The position numbers were made by a program, and so were the translations under genes. The notes under the pieces were generated by a model. That model was not told the origin of the DNA and made no database searches. It saw only the letters and a program-made list of their open reading frames with translations. Shown here piece by piece: positions 19,881 to 32,100 of a stretch of 64,000 nucleotides of DNA (position 1 is the first letter of the stretch; each line of letters opens with the position of its first letter). This DNA is from Diplonema japonicum (taxonomy: Eukaryota > Protista > Euglenozoa: Diplonemea), in NCBI GenBank assembly GCA_964019335.1, contig OZ025693.1, positions 477,486-541,485 on the forward strand. Direction: 5' to 3'.

Positions 19881-21538
19881 CTACTCTCGTTCCTTCGTGG
19901 TTATCATGGTCAGCACCTTGCCCTCGAACCTGTTGTGGTGTTGCTATTGCTGGAAAGCATACCCATTGCTCCTGTCGATGCCGTCCCACATGTACCCAGC
20001 TCTGATGCCAAAACGGTTTGCGGGTGAGATGCCATCGTAAAACTGTGGTGTGTAATGGTGTGTTGTGCACTGTGTACCTTTTGTCGTGTGGCTGCGCTCT
20101 CCGCAAACTCCTTTTCCTTTCGACGCTTTTCTTTCTTCTCTTTTTTACTTTTCTTTTCTTTCTTGCCTTTCTTATCCTTCTTAGCTTCACCTTCGTCCCC
20201 ACCATCAAACCTGTGAGCGTGGTTGAAGTGTGGCCACATACATGTCTGTGTCCTTACGCATCATGTCCAGCAGAGGGTCGTCCATGCGGATCTCCTCTCG
20301 TTTGCGTTTCTTGTTCCGTTCTTCTTCTTCGTCACTGTCAGCTGCTGGTTCTTCTTGTTGTGCTTCCGACTGCACAATGCCACGGCCCCATTTCTGCTGT
20401 TCTTCAGTAAGCTCCTTCTTCGGGTTCTCTTTTTGTTCTTTTGGATTATAATCCAGTTCCTTTCCAGACCCCTTTGCGCGGTATCTGTAAAAAATAAATA
20501 TGAGCTCGTCCGGGAAAAAATGTCAGCAAAATGACCCTCTTGTGCAAAGAAAAGTCCATGAAACATCACTGGCTTGCCCTCGCTGGGTACCGTGTTTAAG
20601 CAGCACACGCCGCGATTCTAACTGCGATCTCTTCCAGTTCTGCAAATGCGGTATTTCTATCGGAATTGGGCTAAAATAATGGGAAATAAGTGGATTCAAC
20701 TTTACGCTCACTTATTACGTTCCAAATCACTATGGACCGCTGTGCGTTCGCAATCAGGACCCCTATTTAGAAAACCCCTTTTGTAAGCATACACAGTTGC
20801 AGCGCCCTCACCTAACATCTTCGGGTCGATGCTCATCCACTTTTTCTCTTCCGCTTCCTGTATCCTGCGGTTGTCTTCCACCTGCTGTGCTGCTGTTCGA
20901 AGGCCAGCGAACGTGCCGTCCGTCATCTTCTCCGGGGACTCCTTCCGCAGGGGGCTCTGGTCCGAATCAGAAGGGGGAGGGGGAGTGGGCGCCCCTTCAG
21001 GTTGATCACCAACACTGTGCCTGCCTGCAGACGCGTCAGCATGTTGTGGTACTTCTGCATCAGAGCCTGAGTCGTGTCTGGCACGCGTCTGCGGCACCTG
21101 TGCACGAGGCACATCAATATCAGAGTCAGAATCATGTCTGGTATTTGTCGGTGCTTGTGCACGAGGCACATCGATGTCAGAGTCAGAGTCGTGTCTGATC
21201 CGCCCAAGGGGGGCTGGGCCAGGGTCAGAATCAGAATCGTGTCTAGAAGGCTTCAGGTTCACCTGCGACCATGTTCCCCGTTTAACTTTCGAGGCAACAT
21301 GCTCCTTGTCCCCCAGAACAGCTGCTACGTCTGCACTTTTAATCGCACTCTGCATCATCTCCTCATCGGAGTCCCCAGACCGCCTCCCTGCTGCCACCGC
21401 CACGTCCCTGTCGACGATGCCCCCTAGTTTCTTGACTACCTTCTTCCTTACCTTCTTTGTCTTTTTCTCCCCGTACATGCTCTCCAGGAAAGCCTGCCGT
21501 CCTGGGTCACCACCGCCGTCATTTTTGTTGAGGGACAT
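19881..21538 (-). CDS. BUD13: Pre-mRNA splicing factor BUD13/CWC26 (RES complex), 416 aa; exons 21538-20793, 20484-20242, 20210-20078, 20042-19963, 19929-19881
   Basis: RHDSDSD repeats and [10 protein letters not shown]. Splicing four GT-AG introns (308, 31, 35, 33 nt) yields [25 protein letters not shown] and [28 protein letters not shown], the Bud13 C-terminal signature. Confidence 0.92.
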
Positions 21539-21597
21539 CCCCTGTGAAGAAGTGCAAAGAGGCTCGAACCTTTTTCTTTTTCATTCTCATTGAATAC

Positions 21598-22019
21598 TCA
21601 GAACCCCGTTTTGAAAAAGAAGCGATAGCTTACTGCGGTTGCAACGCCGCAGAGGGAGAGCCATGAGTCGCTGGAGCCGCTTGTGGCGAGGATGATGTAG
21701 GCGGCGGTGAGGATGGGAAGAGCTGAGGGAGCACGTATGCCGAGGACTGTTGAAGAAGGGAATCTTTTCGCAGCCTCCATCACACCGTTGGCGACGAGGC
21801 CGGCACTGATGGCGTGCAGACCTGACACGGGCTCTGTGGTCGTGAAGTGCGACGTCGGGACCACCGCCCCACCAACCTCGAGGTACTGGGTTGCAGTGTT
21901 TGCAGAGTTGCTTGTGGCCATCCCTGCTGTGTACAGCATCCCAGGGCAGAAGGATAAGATCCCAAGAGCGCGAACGAATCCAGCCTCACCGCTCCCGAGG
22001 TTCATTACCTGTGTGGTAT

Positions 22020-22057
<38 letters not shown>

Positions 22058-22557
22058 CTTGCTTTTTTTTTCCTCCGTATTATTTCTCCTTGCATACCAT
22101 GTTGCCACCCCAGCGAACGAGTGCCAAGTTCAACGCTAACGAGACAAAACTCGTTTCAAGCAGAGAGTGCGTGATAGTCTGTGTGTTGTCTTGAACGATC
22201 ATCTTAGCATACAGTGTACATGCGACCCTCCTTAAGATTTTCTTGGCTGAGGCTGCAATGCTTGTAGAACCACTTACGTGCACGTTGATTCGATGTGACG
22301 AAAAGCAAGTACACCATGATGAGAGTGAAGATGGTGTAGGTCACGGGGTTGAAGTACTCTGGGAACATCTCCACATCTCGCCTGAAGTCTTTCACAAACT
22401 CCAATGGGTTCGCATTACTGTTGCCGTCGTCTTGCCTGCCTCCGCCGAAATTATATCTCCGCTGGCTTTTAAGATGTATCCCCCTAAACTGTGCTGCCTT
22501 GCTCGCCAGTCCACGCAAGCCACCTTGCTTTACTGATCTATGTATGAGAAGAAGCAT
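21598..22557 (-). CDS. Rhomboid-family membrane protein, 278 aa, likely mitochondrial and catalytically inactive; exons 22557-22213, 22178-22098, 22008-21598
   Basis: Two GTATGC...ACAG introns (34 and 89 nt) fuse three ORF fragments in frame. Basic presequence-like N-terminus and hydrophobic helices; HCSLSQENLKEGRMYTTITHSLLETSFVSLALN resembles the rhomboid loop-1/TM2 region. Confidence 0.7.
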
Positions 22558-23183
22558 TTCCCCCTTCCCTTTTGTTCTCTCGCTAATTTTGTATGCTTAA
22601 AAAAGTCATTGGATTCGGGGAGATGGGGTTGTATGTAATTAAAGGGTTGATACAACAGCCTTAAAAAAAGGGAAAAACTGGAGGGGGAAAAAAACTAACT
22701 CAGCGCATCGGGAAAAAGAGTCGGCTGATTGTTTGTGCAAGCCGGGGAAAAAAAAGGAACAAAAGAAGGAGAAAGGTTCACTGAGCACGTGTGAACAATA
22801 ATAACTGTGTTTATTTAACTCTAATAGCACTGAACTAAAAGGAGAGTGCGTTTATATTTGCTACCTATCCAGGCAGATAAAAAGAAGCTCTAAGAACAGC
22901 AAAAGGCAACTATAAAAAGGGCCTAGCAGCAGCAGGTTAGACCTGACTGAAGGAGGTGGGGAAAGAAAACTATTTTTTTTTCTTGTCTTTATAAAAACAC
23001 ATTGAAAAGTTGACTATGGTGACTAAAAAAAAAAGAGAGAGAAAAGAAATCACGGCAGGCGCCGGTCGGATAACGGAAGTGTCTATAGCTTTCTAACCGC
23101 GTTCCACATAACGTTGAACTGCCTTCACGTTGTTTCGACAAGATCATCTAAAAATAAAAGGGGGGGGTCATAAGGAGGGGGGT

Positions 23184-26100
23184 CTACTTTTCATAGTTAG
23201 GTCGAAGGGATGCGACCTTCCCAATACGCTTCTTCCATGAGGCGATACGCGTCTTTGCCTCCTGGGGAGCACTTGGGAGGGATGCCTTCCTTGATATCCT
23301 TTTTAGCGTTTCGGTTTCCTCAGGTTTGAGGTACTCCAAGGAGGCAAGTGCTGCCTTGATACTTTCGTAGACTTCGTCTGCCTCTACTGCAAGGTCGCTG
23401 GGAATGAGTTGCAAGATAAGGTGTGTCTTTGTCTTGGCGGTCACGAGGTGACGCCCCACTTCATCTACAACAGTCTCCGTCAGCTCCGCGTCGACCTTCT
23501 GTTTGCTCTCCACGATCACGACATCGTCTGTCTGGCACCGCATGTCCTTTACGGGCTTCGTCTTCCCGCTTGCCTCTTCCATCAGGCCCTTCATCAGCGC
23601 GTTCAGCTCATTAGGGTCGACTGACAAATTTGCAAACGATTCGTCTGGATCCAACCCTGCCGCGATGCGCTGCTTCCTCCTCTCGATCTTTTTCTTCCTC
23701 AACAGCAGCTCTCTTGCCATCGCTTCCAGCTGCCTCACAAAAACCCCTGATACATCTGCATCCTTCTCCCGCGCATCGCTGTCCCTCCGCATTCTCAACT
23801 CCGCCACCACGTCAGTCAGTTCCTCCAGCCGCCTCTTCAGCTTTCTCACATTCTGTATCGACACCTCGTCCTCCTCGACAAGCATGTCCGCTCCCTCGAG
23901 GTGCGCGATCCTTTTCAACAACATGTCATTTTCCTCTTCCAAGTCCCGCACCCGCTCCCCTGCCTGAGCCACACTGCGGAATACCAACTCCTCTGCCTCG
24001 TCGAATGCCTTCACCATCTCTTCCAGCTCTGCTGCCTTATCTCTGTACCTGTGTTTGATATCCGTGTATTTCGTCTTCAGCATCTCCAGATCCAGCACAA
24101 CCTTCCCGCTGTCGTCCCTGAAACTCTCGTTGCTCAGTAGATCGAAGCTTCTTGCCTTCCGTTCATCCTGCGCAGGCACGTACGTCTTACCCTCGACAGG
24201 AGGCTCAGGTTCTTGCTCAGAAGATATGTCATCTTTGCTTACATCTAGTGCGCTGATGGGTTCGCTGCCTGTCATCGGTTCACCATGCTCGGCTTCATCA
24301 GCACCGCTGTGTGCCTTGTGTTCTTGATGAGCTGCCTTTGTTAACACAGAGCTTTCTTCAGGCTGTGTGGGCGTCAACTGGCTTTCGCCCACCAACATGC
24401 TTCGGAATTCATTCAGCAGTTCATTCAGACCAGTCACCTCATTTTTGTCAACAGCCCCCTGTACCTCTGTCAACTTTTCGACTAAGCTGCTGCACTTCAC
24501 GGTATCTGTTTCAACCTGCTTGCTTCGCATCATCATCTCTTCTTGCACAAAGAGTCTTACCTTTCGGTCTGCTACCTCAGTGACTTGCACGGTATCCTCG
24601 GAGGCTGTTCCACATGACAGCGATGCCTCCTTCACGAGGAGCTTGACACCTGCAACGTTGTGTTCAGTTGCTTTGACACCCTTCAAAAGCCCTACGTCAC
24701 TTTCTTGATTGCGATGCTCTACATCATATCCTTCTGTGTGCAAATCATCTCCTTGAGATTCTTCTAATGCTTGTTGCGTGCGCAATATGTCTTCAAACTC
24801 GTTCAGCAGCATCCTCAGCTCCTTCATTGCAGGTGTACTTTTCCCGTTCAATGTATCTTGCACTTCCTCCAGTTTCTCTACCAAGTAATCATATTTCGGG
24901 ATTTCTTTTTCATTTGCAATGCAAACACTTCTTTCACTCAACTGCGGAGCATTTCCTCGTACACTGCTAGATGGGGTAGCTGGAGTATTGGGGAAGGTTG
25001 CAAGGGATGCTTCCGACGTTCGCAACAAATGCCCTGCAGATGCTGCGAGACCTGCTTTAAGATTGCCAGCAGGTGTAGCACTCTCCAACCAATGCGGTGT
25101 CAACTCCACAGGTCTGGCACGCTGCAGGAGGGCATCACACCTCGACAGGAGAGGCTGCAGGTCGACTGTGTCTTGGTGTTTTGCTTCAGAATTCAGTTTT
25201 TCAAGATCTTCAATGAGACTGCTCATATTCGGCTCAAGCGGGTCGACAAGCTGCGCCGTGTGTTGCAGTGGTAATTGCAGACTGGTGAACAGCTCTTGCG
25301 ACGTTTCGTGCAGCACAGGCACCGCAGCCATCTGCACGGGCACCACAAGGAGTCGTGATACTTCGTGCAGTTCGGCACTTTGTTCCTGATGGGACCCATC
25401 GACGTGTTGTTTTGCTTCAGGTTGGGTCTTTGCGCTAGATGTGCGTGCATATGTTTCACAAAGCTGCGTCGGGTGCTTGCTCTCAAACTGCACGACGTCC
25501 TGTGCCCATGCCCCCTCGTGACCAAGAAGCTCCAACACACGTGGGTGGCAAGGTGTCTCCAAGAACTCCGAAAACTCAACGAGTACACACTCGGAGGTCC
25601 CCTTGTCCTGGTTTTGATGCTCAGAATACACTTCAGTTTCATGCAACTGCGCGTTCTCCAGCTCGATGGTTGTCGGTTTCTCAGATGTGCTGCCTGTGTT
25701 TCGAGTCTCAACTTGTGTGGCTCGTGACTCCGTGTGCAGTGGTAGCTGCTCCAACAAAGATTGATGCGTTTGAGCCAACGCAAGGACTTCTTTCCATGAA
25801 GGTGGTAGGGAATACAACTTGCTTTCGGTTTCAAAAAGAAGAGGAGCCTGTTCAATATCATGCAACTCCTTGACATCAAGACCACCAGCCTCCTTCACGG
25901 GTGACACATCCACAAACTCCTCGCGCAGCAGCACCTCCTCCTTCGCGAAGAGCTCGGTTTGTGGAGCACTTCGACAGCTGGTGTCTTGCGGAATGTCTGA
26001 TTCGGTGTAACTACAGTGCTCCGTGCCTTCCTGCTCGTACAACGCCACCTTAAACTCAGTCTCTTCTTGTGTGCTGTGGCTCTTGGTGACGGGCTTTTGT

Positions 26101-29100
26101 CCTTCAGTCTGCTTCCTCGCCACACCGCCACCCGGAGTCTCATTCTTCACTGGGGTCGCCGACACCACTTCTCTTACTTGAAGAACGGTGTCCTGTCCAA
26201 CACTCGGAGTTTGTGTTGCTACTCCTCCCGTAACGTAAAGCTCCCCTCGCAGCTCGTCAGTAGAAGGTGGAAAAGAGAACAGCTGCTGTTCAGCTTCAAA
26301 CAGAACAGGAACACAGTGTTCGACACTTTGTTCCTGATGGGACCCATCGACGTGTTGTTTTGCTTCGGGTTGGGTCTTTGCGCTAGATGTGCGTGCATAT
26401 GTTTCGAAAAGCTGCGTCGGGTGCTTGCTCTCAAACTGCACGACGTCCTGTGTCCATGCCCCCTCGTGACCAAGAAGCTCCAACACACGTGGGTGGCAAG
26501 GTGTCTCCAAGAACTCCGAAAGCTCAACGAGTACACACTCGGAGGTCCCTTTGTCCTGGTTTTGATGCCCAGGATAAATTTCAGTTTCATGCAACTGCGC
26601 GTTCAACTGCTGCTGGTTGTTCTCCCCTTTACTACTGTCACCAGATGATACTTCTGCAACTGGGGTCGCCGACACCACTTCTCTTACTTGAAGAACAGTG
26701 TCCTGTCTAACACTCGGAGTTTGTGCTACTCCTCCAGCAACGCAAAGCCCCCCTCGCAGCTCGTCAGAAGAAGGTGGAAGAGAGAACAGCTGCTGTTCAG
26801 CTTCAAACAGAACAGGAACACATTGTTCGACACTTTGTTTCTGATGGGACCCATCGACGTGTTGTTTTGCTTCGGGTTGGGTCTTTGCGCTAGATGCGTG
26901 TACATATGTTTCGAAAAGCTGTGTCGGGTGCTTGCTCTCAAACGGCACGACATCCCGTGTCCATGCCCCCTCGTGACCAAGAAGCTCCAACACACGTGGG
27001 TGGCAAGGTGTCTCCAAGAACTCCGAAAGCTCAACGAGTACACACTCGGAGGTCCCCTTGTCCTGGTTTTGATGCTCATGATACAACTCAGTTTCATGCT
27101 GCTGGTCGTTTTCCCTTTTACTACTGTCGCCATATGATATTTCTGTCAAAGGCAGTTCAGTTGTGAAGCCTCCAGGTTTTTCGGGTGTTCTGTTCATGTT
27201 TTGAGTCTTAACCTGTATAGTTCGTGTCTCCGTGTGCAGTGGTAGCTGCTCCACCAAAGATTGATGCGTTTGAGCCAACGCAAGGACCTCTTTCCATGAA
27301 GGTGGTAGGGAACACAACTGGTTTTCCGTCTCAAAAAGAAGAGGAGCATATTCGAAAACATGTAACTCCCTGTCGTACTCCTCCAGCAGGACGGTCGCGG
27401 GCCTTCTTTGCTCCTCCAAGACGGTCGCGGTCCTCGGCTCCTCCTCCTGCTCCTTCTTCTCGCCCGCGGCTGCTAGTGCTGCGAGGGTCTCGAAGCGCTC
27501 CTCCAAGACGGTCGCAGACCTTTGCGCCTCGCGTGCCGCGAGTGCCGCGTAGCCCTCCCGCAGCTTCTCCACCTCTTCCGCCTGCGGGACGACGGCCTCC
27601 GAGCTCTCCTGCAGGGTCCTTTCCTCGGGCTTCTTTGCCTTTTCTTCTGGCTCGTCGCTCGACACCGGCACCGACGGGGCGACTTCTTCTGCTGCCCTCG
27701 AGACGAAGGCTTCATGCACCTCCAGGACGACCACGACGGCCTTCTTCGCCGTTTCTCCGCTCTTTTTCGCGTCCTTCGCAGCTTCAGCCTCAGCCTCAGC
27801 CTCAGCCTCAGCCTCTGCGTCGCTCGTCGTCGTGCTCGTGCTTGTGCTCGAAGCCTCTTCCCTTTCTTCTCCCGAGGCCTTTGCCCTTGCCTCTGCCTGC
27901 TTGTCCTCCGCAGCTTCTTCCAGCCTTGCCCTCAGCTCCCTCACCTCCTCCTGCAGCTTTGCGACTTCTGCCGCGGTAAGGCCCGGCTGCGGCTGCTGTG
28001 ATGCTGATGCTGATGCTGCTGACGCGGTCAGCAACAGCTCCTCGGCCTCGACAAGCTCCAAATCCCGCGGTGTGGGTGTGTGTGTAGGCGTGGGTGTGTC
28101 CTCCCCCTGAAGCGCCGCACAGCGCTCCTCCGCTTCCCGCTGCGTTGCGAGGGCAGCGTGCTCCGCTTCGACCGCTTTTCGGAGGTTCACAGAGGCGTTC
28201 TCCACGCGCTCCTTTGCACGCTCCAAGCGAGCTCCCGCTTCGTCCTCTGTCTGCGCCTCCTCCTCGTCTTCCTCGGACGAAGCAAGGAGCACCATCGGCT
28301 CTGCCGTCGCCTGTCTTGTTGCGAGGGTCTCGGAGCGCTCCTCCAGCAGGACGGTCGCGGGCCTTCTTTGCTCCTCCAAGACGGTCGCGGTCCTCGGCTC
28401 CTCCTCCTGCTCCTTCTTCTCGCCCGCGGCTGCTAGTGCTGCGAGGGTCTCGAAGCGCTCCTCCAAGACGGTCGCAGACCTTTGCGCCTCGCGTGCCGCG
28501 AGTGCCGCGTAGCCCTCCCGCAGCTTCTCCACCTCTTCCGCCTGCGGGACGACGGCCTCCGAGCTCTCCTGCAGGGTCCTTTCCTCGGGCTTCTTTGCCT
28601 TTTCTTCTGGCTCGTCGCTCGACACCGGCACCGACGGGGCGACTTCTTCTGCTGCCCTCGAGACGAAGGCTTCATGCACCTCCAGGACGACCACGACGGC
28701 CTTCTTCGCCGTTTCTCCGCTCTTTTTCGCGTCCTTCGCAGCTTCAGCCTCAGCCTCAGCCTCAGCCTCAGCCTCAGCCTCTGCGTCGCTCGTCGTCGTG
28801 CTCGTGCTTGTGCTCGAAGCCTCTTCCCTTTCTTCTCCCGAGGCCTTTGCCCTTGCCTCTGCCTGCTTGTCCTCCGCAGCTTCTTCCAGCCTTGCCCTCA
28901 GCTCCCTCACCTCCTCCTGCAGCTTTGCGACTTCTGCCGCGGTAAGGCCCGGCTGCGGCTGCTGTGATGCTGATGCTGATGCTGCTGACGCGGTCAGCAA
29001 CAGCTCCTCGGCCTCGACAAGCTCCAAATCCCGCGGTGTGGGTGTGTGTGTAGGCGTGGGTGTGTCCTCCCCCTGAAGCGCCGCACAGCGCTCCTCCGCT

Positions 29101-32100
29101 TCCCGCTGCGTTGCGAGGGCAGCGTGCTCCGCTTCGACCGCTTTTCGGAGGTTCACAGAGGCGTTCTCCACGCGCTCCTTTGCACGCTCCAAGCGAGCTC
29201 CCGCTTCGTCCTCTGTCTGCGCCTCCTCCTCGTCTTCCTCGGACGAAGCAAGGAGCACCATCGGCTCTGCCGTCGCCTGTCTTGTTGCGAGGGTCTCGGA
29301 GCGCTCCTCCAGCAGGACGGTCGCGGGCCTTCTTTGCTCCTCCAAGACGGTCGCGGTCCTCGGCTCCTCCTCCTGCTCCTTCTTCTCGCCCGCGGCTGCT
29401 AGTGCTGCGAGGGTCTCGAAGCGCTCCTCCAAGACGGTCGCAGACCTTTGCGCCTCGCGTGCCGCGAGTGCCGCGTAGCCCTCCCGCAGCTTCTCCACCT
29501 CTTCCGCCTGCGGGACGACGGCCTCCGAGCTCTCCTGCAGGGTCCTTTCCTCGGGCTTCTTTGCCTTTTCTTCTGGCTCGTCGCTCGACACCGGCACCGA
29601 CGGGGCGACTTCTTCTGCTGCCCTCGAGACGAAGGCTTCATGCACCTCCAGGACGACCACGACGGCCTTCTTCGCCGTTTCTCCGCTCTTTTTCGCGTCC
29701 TTCGCAGCTTCAGCCTCAGCCTCAGCCTCAGCCTCAGCCTCTGCGTCGCTCGTCGTCGTGCTCGTGCTTGTGCTCGAAGCCTCTTCCCTTTCTTCTCCCG
29801 AGGCCTTTGCCCTTGCCTCTGCCTGCTTGTCCTCCGCAGCTTCTTCCAGCCTTGCCCTCAGCTCCCTCACCTCCTCCTGCAGCTTTGCGACTTCTGCCGC
29901 GGTAAGGCCCGGCTGCGGCTGCTGTGATGCTGATGCTGATGCTGCTGACGCGGTCAGCAACAGCTCCTCGGCCTCGACAAGCTCCAAATCCCGCGGTGTG
30001 GGTGTGTGTGTAGGCGTGGGTGTGTCCTCCCCCTGAAGCGCCGCACAGCGCTCCTCCGCTTCCCGCTGCGTTGCGAGGGCAGCGTGCTCCGCTTCGACCG
30101 CTTTTCGGAGGTTCACAGAGGCGTTCTCCACGCGCTCCTTTGCACGCTCCAAGCGAGCTCCCGCTTCGTCCTCTGTCTGCGCCTCCTCCTCGTCTTCCTC
30201 GGACGAAGCAAGGAGCACCATCGGCTCTGCCGTCGCCTGTCTTGTTGCGAGGGTCTCGGAGCGCTCCTCCAGCAGGACGGTCGCGGGCCTTCTTTGCTCC
30301 TCCAAGACGGTCGCGGTCCTCGGCTCCTCCTCCTGCTCCTTCTTCTCGCCCGCGGCTGCTAGTGCTGCGAGGGTCTCGAAGCGCTCCTCCAAGACGGTCG
30401 CAGACCTTTGCGCCTCGCGTGCCGCGAGTGCCGCGTAGCCCTCCCGCAGCTTCTCCACCTCTTCCGCCTGCGGGACGACGGCCTCCGAGCTCTCCTGCAG
30501 GGTCCTTTCCTCGGGCTTCTTTGCCTTTTCTTCTGGCTCGTCGCTCGACACCGGCACCGACGGGGCGACTTCTTCTGCTGCCCTCGAGACGAAGGCTTCA
30601 TGCACCTCCAGGACGACCACGACGGCCTTCTTCGCCGTTTCTCCGCTCTTTTTCGCGTCCTTCGCAGCTTCAGCCTCAGCCTCAGCCTCAGCCTCAGCCT
30701 CTGCGTCGCTCGTCGTCGTGCTCGTGCTTGTGCTCGAAGCCTCTTCCCTTTCTTCTCCCGAGGCCTTTGCCCTTGCCTCTGCCTGCTTGTCCTCCGCAGC
30801 TTCTTCCAGCCTTGCCCTCAGCTCCCTCACCTCCTCCTGCAGCTTTGCGACTTCTGCCGCGGTAAGGCCCGGCTGCGGCTGCTGTGATGCTGATGCTGAT
30901 GCTGCTGACGCGGTCAGCAACAGCTCCTCGGCCTCGACAAGCTCCAAATCCCGCGGTGTGGGTGTGTGTGTAGGCGTGGGTGTGTCCTCCCCCTGAAGCG
31001 CCGCACAGCGCTCCTCCGCTTCCCGCTGCGTTGCGAGGGCAGCGTGCTCCGCTTCGACCGCTTTTCGGAGGTTCACAGAGGCGTTCTCCACGCGCTCCTT
31101 TGCACGCTCCAAGCGAGCTCCCGCTTCGTCCTCTGTCTGCGCCTCCTCCTCGTCTTCCTCGGACGAAGCAAGGAGCACCATCGGCTCTGCCGTCGCCTGT
31201 CTTGTTGCGAGGGTCTCGGAGCGCTCCTCCAGCAGGACGGTCGCGGGCCTTCTTTGCTCCTCCAAGACGGTCGCGGTCCTCGGCTCCTCCTCCTGCTCCT
31301 TCTTCTCGCCCGCGGCTGCTAGTGCTGCGAGGGTCTCGAAGCGCTCCTCCAAGACGGTCGCAGACCTTTGCGCCTCGCGTGCCGCGAGTGCCGCGTAGCC
31401 CTCCCGCAGCTTCTCCACCTCTTCCGCCTGCGGGACGACGGCCTCCGAGCTCTCCTGCAGGGTCCTTTCCTCGGGCTTCTTTGCCTTTTCTTCTGGCTCG
31501 TCGCTCGACACCGGCACCGACGGGGCGACTTCTTCTGCTGCCCTCGAGACGAAGGCTTCATGCACCTCCAGGACGACCACGACGGCCTTCTTCGCCGTTT
31601 CTCCGCTCTTTTTCGCGTCCTTCGCAGCTTCAGCCTCAGCCTCAGCCTCAGCCTCAGCCTCAGCCTCTGCGTCGCTCGTCGTCGTGCTCGTGCTTGTGCT
31701 CGAAGCCTCTTCCCTTTCTTCTCCCGAGGCCTTTGCCCTTGCCTCTGCCTGCTTGTCCTCCGCAGCTTCTTCCAGCCTTGCCCTCAGCTCCCTCACCTCC
31801 TCCTGCAGCTTTGCGACTTCTGCCGCGGTAAGGCCCGGCTGCGGCTGCTGTGATGCTGATGCTGATGCTGCTGACGCGGTCAGCAACAGCTCCTCGGCCT
31901 CGACAAGCTCCAAATCCCGCGGTGTGGGTGTGTGTGTAGGCGTGGGTGTGTCCTCCCCCTGAAGCGCCGCACAGCGCTCCTCCGCTTCCCGCTGCGTTGC
32001 GAGGGCAGCGTGCTCCGCTTCGACCGCTTTTCGGAGGTTCACAGAGGCGTTCTCCACGCGCTCCTTTGCACGCTCCAAGCGAGCTCCCGCTTCGTCCTCT

